From Callorhinchus milii (taxonomy: Eukaryota), in assembly GCF_018977255.1 (NCBI RefSeq), contig NW_024704742.1, forward strand, positions 62,312,001 through 62,376,000: 64,000 nt of DNA, in the 5' to 3' direction. Shown here piece by piece: positions 26,601 to 38,755 of this stretch. The notes below the pieces were generated by a model. It saw only the letters and a list, made by a program, of their open reading frames with translations. It was not told where the DNA came from and did not search any database. The stretch's first letter is position 1, and every line of letters starts with the position of its first letter. A program made the translations under genes and the position numbers.

Positions 26601-26829
26601 AGCTCTGTATTAAAAAATGTGGTCAGTTGTTGCGGTGACAGATCTTGCAGTCGTTTATCTCGATGTAAGTTGGTGCTCCATCCATTTTGGGGGAAATTCA
26701 CAGAAAAAAAAGGCTGGAAGTGCACATTTGTGGATATAGGGATAGATAAAAACTGGAGCAGTGATCGCTCCTATAGCTACATAGCTGTTGATTCTGCACA
26801 CAAAAAGAACGGCACTTTATGTTAACAAT

Positions 26830-27510
26830 AATGATCCTTGCATTTGATACAGTGCCTTATCATGTCATCTGGATGACTCAAAGAACTTCACAGGATATAC
26901 TTAAAGTGTAGTGACTGTGTATTTTAGGGATGAAACACGGCAGCCAATTGCACACAGCAATGTGCCACAAACACCCATGAAGTGAGTGACCAATTTTATT
27001 TGGGGGATTGTTGGCCAGGACACCGGGAGAAACTCCCTTTTCGTTTTGAATAGTGCCATGGATCTTTAACCTTCATCTGATCAGGCAGACGAGACATCGG
27101 TCTAATGTCTCAAGTGAAGTATGGCGTCTCCAACAATGCAGCACACCTTAGCACTGTGTCGGAGTGTCAGCTAGGACCAGGGATCTCCAACCGGTCGATC
27201 ACCGCTAGGTGGTGTTCACTCTTACGATCAAAAAGGAGTGATAGAACTGCGTTACTTTTGAGTCAAATTGAATGTAAAGCCGGATGCACAAAGTATTTCA
27301 TGTATCTGGAAAGAAAAATATGTGAACTTTAATGTTTAAACTGTATATTGGTCCTGCCTCTTGTTTTTATTGAACATGCGCAAGACGCCACTTAGCCTCG
27401 ATCAACCGGTTGGAGACACCTGGTCGAGACTATGTGCTTCTAAGCTCTGACATGGGCTTGAACCTTCAACCTACAGAGAAAAGAGTGCTACCAATGAGCC
27501 AGGTTGACAC
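26830..27510 (-). mobile_element. Deu-domain SINE interrupted by a hAT MITE
   Basis: Tail at 26830, Deu core tagtgccatggatctttaac, head resuming at 27431-27510. Confidence 0.75.
27178..27422. mobile_element. Non-autonomous hAT (Charlie-like) MITE, 245 bp
   Basis: TIRs cagggatctccaaccggtcgatc / gatcaaccggttggagacacctg (20 of 23 complementary), with degenerate 8-bp flanks gctaggac / gtcgagac resembling NTCTAGAN. Confidence 0.8.
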
Positions 27511-28147
27511 ACAAAGGATATCCAAGGCAGTAGGACACGAGGACAGTAGAATTAGAATTCCAGAGGGCAGTTTCAGGAAAGACACTCAAGAAGTTTTTAT
27601 TCACTCAGAGAGTAATTAATAAGTGGAACAGGTTGCAAAGGAGGCGTGATTGAAGTTAGGACTCTGGACTCATTTACAAAGCAGTTGAAGCTACGATGGG
27701 ACAATGGACGTGAGGATATTCTGGTGGAAGAGATTAGTTGGGGAAAGGTCCTTCTTTGTCCAAACTAATTCTGTAATCTTGAGAATACACAGTGAAGTGA
27801 ATAGAGGTATGTGTGGAATTATATCTAAATTAACCTGCGGCATTAGAAGTAAAATTGAACAAGGTGAAAAATGAGCAAGAAAATTCGAGAAGGAACAAAA
27901 TCAAAAATTTAAATAGGACATTTATGACTTTCTGAGAAATTATTGATTTATTATTAGTGCTACAATGAATCATTCCATTTTTCCAAGCTAAACACACAGG
28001 ATAAATCTGTAATCCAAGAGTGTCTGTCAAAATTTTTAGTTACTTGATTTGCCATAAAAATTGACTTTGTATGTTACATCATGTCAACAGTGCGTATTAA
28101 ATTCACTTTGCTTGAATTCCCCTCGCTAAAATAGGTGAGATATTGTC

Positions 28148-28670
28148 GAGGGCCAGATTAAGATTAAGAGATCTGGGGGGCCGTAAACTAAATCACATTT
28201 GGGGGCCCTTTGTACTTTGCATGCAACATATGCAACACAAGCTTTTTGTGAATGACAGACACATGTTGTTTAATATGAGATTTTATTTTAATATATTTAA
28301 AAATACTTATAACAAGACATAACATAGCACGTCATTTCAAATATGTAAAATTGCAAATGACATGATAAAAGTGAAAAGCTGATTTACCTACCGTTACCAA
28401 GACAAAATGTCACAAGAACACCAGCTCCATGTGCTTTTCCCAATCATTTTAAGGTTGTCGGTTCCAATGACATACAAGCTAATGAATATATGTCTGACTC
28501 AGGCCTGCTCTGACTGTTTTACTGTTTTACTACTGTTTTACAAATTATGTAATTATATTAATTTTAGGTCATCTAATAATATGCATGGCTAATTTTTCAA
28601 CACAATATTCATATCCATCAAATCTCTTGGCCCTAAACCATGGCTTAGTTAATTTTTTAATTTGGCCCCG
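28148..28670. mobile_element. Decayed hAT-type non-autonomous DNA transposon
   Basis: Ends gagggccagattaa ... ttaatttggccccg (CAGGGCCGGATTAA-type TIR), subterminal ggggccc motifs, and 8-bp flanks atattgtc / cttttgcc (5 of 8 match). Confidence 0.5.
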
Positions 28671-29507
28671 CTTTTGCCATCTTGAAATCATCACATGCCT
28701 CTTTAAAACATTTGATCTTTCCTCTCCCATATGGGAATTTTGTCTGTGTCCAAAATGGATGGTGCAGTTAACCCAACAGTATGTGAAGGAGGCCTATAGT
28801 TTGAGTAAGGATTACCTGCCAGAAGGTAGGTAAAGAGAGTAATTAGCAAGATTTGTAAAAAGATTTAGAAAAGACAAATATCCCCAGATGCATCTCAGGC
28901 TGCTCTGCTTGAACTCTGCTCGGGTGCTGATCCATTGGAATTACACTTGGATGAAGTTTCCATGAAGTTAGATGATAGCCAAAAGAGGCAGGAGATTAGT
29001 GAAGATTGGGACAATAGAAGGTCGATTTAAAACACATCTGGTAGGTCAGGATTAATTAATTTTATGCCAATCTTGCAAATGACCTACTATTCGTTGTTTT
29101 TCTTCTTGAATATTCATGAGTTTGCCAAAATAATTACATTTGAAATTGTAGCCTGGAGTAAAACTTTGCTACATCAAAACAACACAATTATAAAGCAATT
29201 GGATGACTACTCATGTAAACATTGCAGTGATAATCCATGCTCAAATACTGGTAACATGGGCTCCCTATATGATCTTACATGTTCATGGTCCATTTTGCTG
29301 TCCCAAAAAAGAACTGTGGCAAAGTAATGAGTTCATCTCTATGCTTGACAGAAAAATTACCAAGAAACAATACCTCCCTGGTAACATTAGCAGCATCATC
29401 TGTTTTCTTTAACACTTTCTTTATAAGACTTGTAATATCTTGAGAGGTCCCAGATGATTAAATTTAGATCCAAACCAATACCATCATGGTCTTAGGGCAT
29501 TTTATGT

Positions 29508-29903
29508 ACAGCCTGACTCAATTGATCGCACTCTCACCTCTTAGTCAGAAAGCTATGGGTTCAAGCCCCACGTCAGACCTTTGAGTTTATAATCTAAGTT
29601 GCTACTCCAGCGGAGTTCTAGAGGAGCACTGAATTATCCTTCAGATGAAATTAAACTAATGTCCTGTTGCCTGCTCAGGTGGATGTTAAAGCATTTGAAA
29701 TAGTATGGGACTATTTGAAAAGAGAAACAAGTTTCTCCAAGTGTCCCAGCCAACAATTCTCAAGTCAAATTGGTTATACACTTTCTGGCAGAGATATTGC
29801 TGTGTCTTTCTACAAATTTACAGTCACTACACTATAGAAAATTCTGATATGTTTTGATGTGACACGGTGCTATATTTGATGTGATAAGGGCAAGGATTAT
29901 TAT
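29508..29903 (+). mobile_element. Deu-domain SINE, decayed full length
   Basis: Colinear with 57719-58108. Confidence 0.7.
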
Positions 29904-30939
29904 CACATTATGACTTGTATCAATTACCCTAAGCAATTTCTATAAGCTTAAAAAGAGAAGGAAATTCATCACGGTGTCCTGACCAACCATGCCCCAGGTA
30001 AAATTCTCATCACTTCATGGCTATCTGTGGGACATTGCGGTGCGCAAACTGGCTGCCACAATCACCTACAAGTATAATCACTACACTCGACAGTAAACAC
30101 CAGCAAGCTCTTTGAGACATTCTGATGGCATGATAAGGCGCTGTAAGCAAAAGTTATTAAAATTTCTACCCAATTGAGTTTGTTGGAAACATTAAGTGTG
30201 TGGATATGATGATAAAAATCTTTGTCATTGGAAGGTGTTTTTACTTTTTCCCCCACGCTTTGCGAAGGTACAACAGGTGAACGTTGACTGCTCGAAACTG
30301 ACAACTCAGTTATGTTAAGTCTTGTTCCCTTAGGGGCGTGACTTCACCTGAAAGTAGACATCATCCCATCAGCTGGTGAGTAGTAACACATCTTCTTAAG
30401 AAGTCAGCAGTGCTGGAAGCTACAAGCAATCTCCTGAGCCATCAAACCAACAAGATATATAGAATTACATAAAACTTTACATCATGGAAATAAACCATTT
30501 GGCCCAACTAGTGCATGCCTATATTTATACTCCATATGACCTTGCACTCTTCCTCATCATTCTCCCATACCCTCTATTCCCTTCTCTGTCATGTTTATAA
30601 GATATATGGTAAGAGGACACTTGTATACAAAAATGAATAATAGTAATTTACTAAATTTACCATGTTAACTTCATTGGGAATGTTAACAGCATAATAATCA
30701 AGTGAACTCAAAATTGTAATGAATCACCTTGACCAATCAAACTGATCAGGTGCAGGGCTTTGATATGTCTTCTTGAAATGAAAGGCACAATACCAAATGC
30801 AAGGATTATTATTATTATATTATATTATTACCCTGCATGTAGGGTGCTATATAAATACAAGTTGTATCTGGTGCTCATATCTCTTTAAAGAGGCTCTATC
30901 TGTAATTGAGAAGGATTAAGGGAATGAAGTGAAAGCATC

Positions 30940-31151
30940 AATAATAATAATAATAATCCTTGCATTTGATATAGCACTTTTCACAGCTTCTCGACGTCTC
31001 AAAGTGCTTCACAGAATATACTGTAAAGTGAATTGACCGTATATTTGTGGGCGAAACGCGGCAGCCAATTGCGCACAGCAGTGTTCCACATATAGTCGTG
31101 GATTGTAAATGACCAATTTATTACTGTTTTGTTTTGGAGGGATTATTATTT
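30940..31151 (-). mobile_element. 5'-truncated SINE
   Basis: Tail and body match the short subfamily. Confidence 0.85.
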
Positions 31152-32052
31152 ATCAAATAAGTAATCAGTTGACTCCAAAGCTGTGAAGCTAGAGGAATGG
31201 GAACAGCCGATCCTGGAACAGGCTAGGGGTTCTTCCTGACAGACAAAGAATGATAATAAAGGCTCAAGGCTTAGGCCTGGTAGAGGCCAGCAGACCTTGG
31301 AATCATGCCTAACAGAGAATAGGCTTGCGGCTGTACTGTTTTAATCAAGGAAACAGAACAGTCTCAAACAGGACTAGAATTATGGAAAGTTTATAACAAG
31401 GCAAGAGGCCTTTGGAATGTACATGGTTAGGATAAAATGACTTTGCAGTTCAAATTTGATCCACCATTTCAGATGCCTTACATAGGAACATAGGAACAGG
31501 AGTAGGCCATTCAGCCCTTTGAGACTGTTCTGCCATTTAATTACGTAGGAACATAGCTGATGTAACCAATTGATCAGCTAGTGTTACACTGTGGCTGGTT
31601 CTTTATTAATAATAATAATCCTTGCATTTGATATAGTGACTTATTATTTAGAGAATAATAGATATTTGGAGTTATAACAAACCAGTATTCTTATCAAGCA
31701 ATTTAGATAATGTCTTGAAATTACTTTTATTTACAGGACAGCGGTCCCTGCTTCAGGCTTACCTCAGTTTTTAGTCACTATGTCCTCAATACTTTCCCGT
31801 GGCTGATCTTCTTCTTCGACTGTGCTTACGGTCACCTCCCATCTCCTCCCGGCTTGGCGTTGTGCTCCTCCACTGTCAAGCTCTCTGGGACATTACCCTG
31901 CATGAGGGGTGCTATGTCAATGCAAGTTCTTGTTGTTTTTGTTTAGTTCACCTGAATCCTTACATATTACACAAAGATCAAATCTCCAAAACTCATCAAA
32001 TATTATTTTATAGTAATATTGCTTACGGATGATCATTTCCAATATTTTGCTA

Positions 32053-32692
32053 CCAGTGAGGCACATTTGGTAGTGCTCTTGCCTCTGAGTCATAAGATTG
32101 TGGGTTCACCCTTCCTCTGCAGCTCCATCCCGCCTCTGCCTCACCATCTCTCTTGCATCCTTCTAAGACCCATCTCAAGACCCTCCTCTTCAACCATGTT
32201 TTTGATCTCTCTGCTTGCCCCCCCTGCCCTCTACCGTCCCCATTCTTGACTCCCAGCTCGGGTCTGAAACACTGACTTTCCAGCGCCTTGGGACGTCCTC
32301 CCGACGTGAAAGGTGCTATACAAATGTAATGTTGCTGTTGTTGTTCAAGGTCCATGCTGGCTGGGGGGAGTGGCAACTGCCGCAGTGCTGGAGGAGTGCT
32401 GTATTGTCAGAGGTGCAGTCTTTTTGATGACACATTAAACCAAGATTCTGTCTGTCTGTTCAGGTATGTTAAAGATCCCATGTCACTATTCGAAAAAGAG
32501 AAGGAAGTTTCTCCTGGTGTCCTAGCCAATAATCCCCCACAGTGGAAATTGATCACTTCACGGTTGTTTGTCATTGCTGTGTGCAAATTAGCTGCCACAA
32601 AAATACATAGTCACTACCTTGACAGTAAATTCTATGAAGCCCTTTGAGCCATTCTGCTGTGAAAGATGCTATATCGAATGCAAAGATTATCA
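32053..32692 (+). mobile_element. Deu-domain SINE split by an L2 3' end (32109-32342)
   Basis: Head ends gggttca, followed by an L2 tail with (TTG)n; the SINE resumes at gttcaag. Confidence 0.75.
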
Positions 32693-33069
32693 TTTTCTTG
32701 AGAAGGTTTCTATATATAGTATGAACGTACAGTTCGAGACACTTGATTGTCTTTCAAGAAAGGCTGCACATTGTATTTGGTCTCTGCTATCTTGCTGCCT
32801 GCTAAGCCTTCCATACCACCTGTTCAACTCTGTCGCAACCCTAGGCTATGCCTTACATGCCTCACATACCACCTGAAATCCTGCTGCCTGGCTCGGTTGT
32901 TTTCTACACCACCTGAAAATATAATAGATTCGGCCTGCAATATTGACTTTCATTATATGCAGTGTGTTCACTCTATAAATTTTGTATATCAATTTATCAT
33001 CAGGTTTCCTTTCCAAATTGTGCTTTGATGGAAATTGTGCACCACATCCTTTGTTTGTAATGACATTCA

Positions 33070-33909
33070 AACAAAACGATTAATGAAAATTTATTGAGAA
33101 ATAATCTGCAATCAGTACTTCAGGAAAGTTTATATGTATCATATATTACAATATAATTGTAATAAATTGGTTCTTTTAGTAAAAATCAGAAATGTTTCTC
33201 AGAAACATTATTTTCCTCTTGGGCTGAAATATTCATTATTTTCTGTGTTATGTGGAAAATGAAATCGATAAAGCAGATTTGTAAATAAACATTTACTGCA
33301 ATCCCCAGAATTCGCATCACACACAAACTTCTAATGAAAAACTCACAGAATTGTTTTTCAAATTTAATTAATACAAAAAAGGGAGGAAAAAAAGACAATT
33401 TTTTTCACAACGTCCAAAACAGGATCAAAAAGCTCTGTGCATCATTAAACCTGGGCTGTCATCCCATTCGAGTCAAAGATTTGAATTGGCATCAGCCACG
33501 CAGTCTTCTGCCAACATGTCAAACAGGTGGCCTGCTCTAAAACAAAAGTGCAATTAGCATCCCCTCAGAGATCGACAGGTTGGACTGACTGGGAATCTAC
33601 AGAATTCCATTTTGATTCCATTTTGATTTGCTGCCCTACATTTTAATTTTAATTGCTCTTGACCAGCAAGGCATTCCCAAGTCTGCTTCAGTTTCACGTT
33701 TTGTTTTCTTGCGACAGCTGGTGGTGAAGTTCTTTTGCAAAGTGCCTCAGTTGCATTCTTGACTTCAGCTACGGTTGTTACTGATCCTGAGATTAAGCCC
33801 ACTGTAGCTATGAAATTTAACACCTGAATTGACTGATCCAGATGCCAACAATTCCTGTCAAAGGACCAATGCTGTGTGCACGATTTATTCCACTGTAATA
33901 AAGGAGTCC
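33070..33909 (-). other. GALNTL6: Probable GALNTL6 3'UTR (AT-rich, no recognisable retroposon)
   Basis: Lies between the stop codon and a canonical AATAAA followed by a GU-rich downstream element. Confidence 0.6.
33090..33095 (-). terminator. Polyadenylation signal AATAAA (distal) of GALNTL6
   Basis: Minus strand reads AATAAATTTTCATTAATCGTTTTGTTTG, a hexamer followed by a U/GU-rich element. Confidence 0.55.
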
Positions 33910-34077
33910 TTATGAAGTGGAATCATTGTTGAATTTTTCAAGAACAGTCACATTAACATGTTCAAAAATCCACTGCTGGGTATGCACTGAAGGGTTACAT
34001 CTGTTCATGAAAATCTTCTTGTCAGCTAAGTTGCAGTCCATGCAGCTGTTGCTCACAGGATGATAGAGGCTCTTGTC
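33910..34077 (-). CDS. GALNTL6: GALNTL6 terminal coding exon (end of lectin domain, stop codon)
   Basis: Hand translation gives [55 protein letters not shown]. It has a tttttt-AG acceptor (AG at 34079-34078), TAA at 33912-33910 and a QxW lectin motif, and is in frame with the upstream exon. It is absent from the ORF track because it is under 60 aa. Confidence 0.95.
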   Translation of the reverse strand, partial: DKSLYHPVSNSCMDCNLADKKIFMNRCNPSVHTQQWIFEHVNVTVLEKFNNDSTS

Positions 34078-34397
34078 CTAAAAAATTAGGCAGAAACATC
34101 TACAAAGATGAACAACTGCTGCCAGTAATACAATAAAGTCCATTACCACAATAACCTGCTTGTCAGGATCCTGTTTAGAATTTATCAGAATGCACTTTAT
34201 GCAAATATCTGCAGGAATATTTTGTTGCATAATTCATGAAATGCTTTCAACTGTGAAGAAAGTTTTTCTGAAATGACTGTTAATTGTTTTGTACTGTTGT
34301 AACTTACTATAGTTTGGTTGATTGTAGTCATACAACATGTTACAAGGCACAGAACGTCTCACGTGGAATAAATTAATGTTTTATTAACTTGTCTAGT

Positions 34398-35770
34398 TAG
34401 CAAGAGTTGTTGCCAATCAACTTCGCGCACACCTCTCCTCCCACTCCCTCTTCGAACCCCTCCAATCTGGTTTCCGCCCACAGTACAGAGACTGCGCTTT
34501 GAAAGTCACAAACGACATCCTCTCTATCTGTGACCAGGGCTCCCTCTGCCTCCTTGACCTCTCCGCGGAGTTCGATCACGCCATCCTCCTCCACCGCCTT
34601 TCCTCCGTCATCCACCTCAGTGGGACCGCACTTGCCTGGTTCGAGTCCTACCTTACAAACTGCCAGCAGTACATCAGAACAAACGGCTTCTCCTCCCGCT
34701 CTCACCCGGTTACCTGCGGTGTACCCCAAGGATCCATCCTTGGCCCCCTCCTCTTTCTGATCTACGTGCTCCCTCTTGGGGATGTCATCCGCAGACATGG
34801 GGTACATTTCCACATGTACGCGGACGACACCCAACTCTATTTTTCCACCTCTCTTTGCGACCCCCAGTCCTCTGCTGTTCTGTCAGCCTGCCTGTCAGAT
34901 CTCAGGGGCTGGATGTGCACAAATTTCCTTCAGCTGAACATTGACAAGACGGAAGCCATACTCTTTGGCTCTCGTCAACGTCTAAAATCTCACGGCTCTC
35001 ACCTCCTCCACCTACCCGACCACCCACTAAAACCCTCCGAACCCGTATGCGACCTAGGCGTCAGGTTCGACCCCCAATTATCCTTCCTCCCCCACATCCG
35101 GTCCCTCACCAGCACCGCTTTCTTCCACCTCCGATGCATTGTTCGTCTCCGCCAATACCTCTCTCCGAAAGCCACTGAAACCCTGGTCCATGCCTTTATC
35201 ACCTCTCGGCTGGACTATTCAAATGCCCTCCTCGCTGGTCTCCCATCCACTACCATCCATAAAATCCAGATCATTCAAAACTCTGCCGCCCACATTCTCA
35301 CCCGCACCAAACTCCGCTCCCCAAATAACCCCAGTCCTTGCCAGACTGCACTGGCTGCCTATCCCAGAGAAGATCGACTTCAAGATCCTCACTCTTGTAT
35401 TCAAGTCCCTGCACTCCTCTGCACTCCCCTTCTTTTCTAACTTACTCTCTCCTCAAAACAGTACCCGTTGCCTTTGTTCCTCCGAGTCTGGCCTCCTCCT
35501 TGTCCCCCGAATCCTCCGCTCCACCCTCAGCGGCCATGTCTTCAGCCACTATGCCCCAAGACTCTGGAATTCCCTTCCTCACTCCCTTTGTCTCGCTCCC
35601 GCTCCCTATTTTCAGGTCTCTGCTGAAGGCCTTTCTTTTCGACCGCGCCTTTGATCACCTTCCTCCCCCTCTCCCTGGCTCGGTCCCGGGATCCGTTACT
35701 GTGAAGTGCTTTGAGACACCGTCCGGCATGGAGGGCGCTATATAAATCCAAGTTGTCGTTGTTGTTGTTG
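34398..35770 (+). mobile_element. 5'-truncated L2 (CR1-clade) LINE with a reverse transcriptase remnant, antisense in the GALNTL6 last intron
   Basis: ORF 34499-35440 contains LLDLSAEFD, GVPQGSILGPLLFLIY, HMYADDTQLY, LQLNIDKTE and SRLDYSN. It frameshifts to LARLHWLPI and ends in a 3' stem-loop and (TTG)n tail. Confidence 0.95.
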
Positions 35771-36534
35771 AGTTTTTCAGTGGGCAAAAATATAAAGTGG
35801 TTCAACCTTTTGGCTGCCGAAATCCCTATTTGAGAAATGTCCGCAGGCCGCATAAGCAGTATTTTGTATTTGCCTTCCAGAAACATAAAAACATATACAC
35901 AGCACCCTTTTCATGTTAAAAGGATGTCTCAAAGCACTCGACTCTGCCGGCTGGGCACCTGAGCTAGGGGTGGGAGCTGAGGGAGGTAGGATGGGGAAAA
36001 GATGACCAAAAGCACGGTCAAAGAGTTAGGTCTTGAAATAGGGGAGGGAGGGAGTCGGAGGGACTCCAGGAATGGAAGTCCAGAGAGCGGGAGAAAAATG
36101 GCGATGGTGGGGCAGATGGGGTGAGGGGACATGAAGCAAGCTGGTGTTTGCTAGGAAATGGGAATGGCTGGGTCAGGCGTTCACAGAGGTAGGGTGGGGA
36201 TGGGGGCACTAATGAAGGACTAGAGGAGTTTCTCACTGGGGAAAGAGGGAGTATACTGCAAGGAAATTGCACAGCATGGCGCTGGTTGTCTGCCCTCAGT
36301 TGCCCCCCTCACGGTGGTTAAGGGAAAATCCAATTGTCTGTCCTGACAGTGAACCTCAAAAAGCTGCCCTCAATTCTCCTCATTCGCTCTCTCTCTCTCT
36401 CCACTGTCTCACTTTTTTGCTTCTCTCCCCACATCCCTCTTCTCACACCCTCTCTCCCACACACTCTCTTCCCCCTTTCCCCCACTCGCAATCACTGGCT
36501 CCACAGTGACATACCTGGCAACGGAATGCTGGAA

Positions 36535-36990
36535 TCGAGCCAGCCCTCTGTGGCGGTCTCGGTAGTCCAGTTCCTGATCCAGGTGGGTCCGCATTATTCC
36601 AGGTCACTGCTTATGACAGCACAGCCAGCCTGGCTCATCGGCAGTACCTGGAAGGGCAGACCAGTCACTCAGGGCAGGTCTGCCCTTCCAGGTTAACTCT
36701 GCAAGCAAAACCCTAATGCGTAGGGTGGTTCTAGCTGGACAAGCAGCGTGAAAGCTTAGATGCCAGCAGTACCCCAACACACACTCTGGGATATGCAAGC
36801 CTTGGCTCTTGCCAACCTGCGCTTAATACTTTCCGGAATTAGGTAAACAGGATGCATTCCGTTCCAACAATCTATCTCCGGGATTTCCACATGTAGGTGG
36901 GAGGGATGGAATTCTCAACTTGGTTTGGATATTCTTAAGCATGGGGATGAGTTCCTGTTTGTGTCAGACACCCGGCTGACCAAAAAAAAA
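36535..36990 (+). repeat. Unclassified non-coding dispersed repeat ('family X'), longest contiguous copy
   Basis: Homologous to 1815-2135, 5108-5250 and 11640-11785 (+), and to 11095-11480, 25210-25410 and 44870-45010 (-). Confidence 0.75.
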
Positions 36991-37157
36991 TCTCCTGCCG
37001 CTGCCATTGAGAGGACAATCACCTGAGAGGAAGCGAGCAGCCCCAAGTTGGAAATTATCTTGGGCTACATGAAATCATCCACCGGGCCAGATGTGGCCTG
37101 TGGGCCGCCTGTTGGACCATGCCGATCTACAGTATAATCTCATTACAACACGCTTCT

Positions 37158-37388
37158 TTACTCCACACGCCTAATAATAATCCCTCCAAAAAAACAAAAC
37201 AATAATAAATTGGTCATTTTCAATCTACGACTGTTTGTGGGACATTGCTGTGCGCAATTGGCTGCCGCGTTCGCCCACAAATATACAGTCAATTCACTTT
37301 ACAGTGTGTTCTGTGAAGCGCTTTGGGACGTCCTCCCGACGTGAAAAGCGCTATATCAAATGCAAGGATTATTATTATTATTATTATT
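37158..37388 (+). mobile_element. 5'-truncated young SINE in the GALNTL6 last intron
   Basis: Near-identical to the 3' 230 nt of 47203-47527. Confidence 0.9.
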
Positions 37389-38755
37389 AAGTTCGGTTAT
37401 AGCATAATTACAAAGTGGATTCCATTCACTGCCCATCAATCCAGGACAGAGAGGTACCTCACACTTCCTCTCACAAATGCGTCACGAGACACACTTGCAA
37501 ATATTTAGCGGTGAGGAAGAGACAGAGAGTGAGGGTAACACACGCATAACTGGTGTCAGGACAGTTAACCATTTACTGTGTTTTTTGATGTTTATTGGAT
37601 AAACAACAATTTCATCTTTTTGTATTAGGAGTGTTTCATTATTTTTTATAGGTTAAAACCAAAAATCAGAAGTTCCAGCTATATTAAAGGTTTTCTAAAT
37701 TAAACTAAGATTCAAATGTAATCTCTTCTTAAACTGGTTATGTTTTTTCGATTTGTTTGCAACATGAACAGACATTGATAAGAAAAATCTGGTTGAAGTG
37801 TTCAAAAATATTGCAATCTCTTTGTTATATATATGTATAAATTTAAAAAGTCCCCCCCCCACACCGATTGTTACATTAAACACAATCTTTGGTTTGCTTT
37901 AAAATAACAGCCTTCACCTTGTCTGCCCTCACCCTCTGGAAATCCATCTCTAAACCTCTCCAGCTCACCCCTTCCCTCGCCCCCTTCAAGGTACATCTCA
38001 AGACTCCCATCTCTCTATCCTCCAACCCTCTTGATTCCAATCCCCAGCTCGAGTGCAAATCCTTAATTGTCCTGGGCCTAAGGACATCCTTCCCACGTGA
38101 AAGGTGCTATATAAATGGAATTTGTCATTATCTTCAAGCCAGACTTCAATGGCATGTTTTTTTCTTGTAGCAGACAAAATATTGTACAACAGCAACAACT
38201 TGCATATATATGGTGTCCTTCATGCAGGTCAGTGCCTCAGAGCCCTTGTAATGTGGATTGGGTTCGGGCTTTGTGTGAGATTCAAGTCATGTATAGTCTG
38301 AGTGATCCTGGGCCTGGAAGCAAATGTAAGATTATTAGGTTTTTTGGAAAACAATTTTAAAGTGCGTCTTAATTTGGAAGCCAGTTCTTTTTCAGCTCTG
38401 TGGAAACTCAACTTCTAAAATGTCCAAATTTAAGACTGTCTTCTGAACTAAAATCTAATTGGGTGGGAATTCCACCTGGATCTAAATTCACCCGATTTTA
38501 TTTGTATTTCAGAATGTCCAACATTTGGCAAATTGTTAAATATGATCTTAATTTTGAAGGTAAAGTTGAATTCAACAATTTGCCAAATTCTGTATGCTCT
38601 GAAATGCTAAGAAATTAAAGTAAATCTAGACCCAGGTGAAATTAATTATTACTTATTAGTAGTAATAATTTATCCTCTCATAATCTTAAAGCTAAGAACA
38701 TGAGAACTTTTGGATCACTGAAGATGTATCAAGATCCACTTGCAATGTTGCTTAC

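Noticed and set aside
34499..35440. Functional or domesticated reverse transcriptase gene
   Set aside because: 5'-truncated, lacks the endonuclease and N-terminal RT, has small deletions and a frameshift; an ordinary dead L2 copy.
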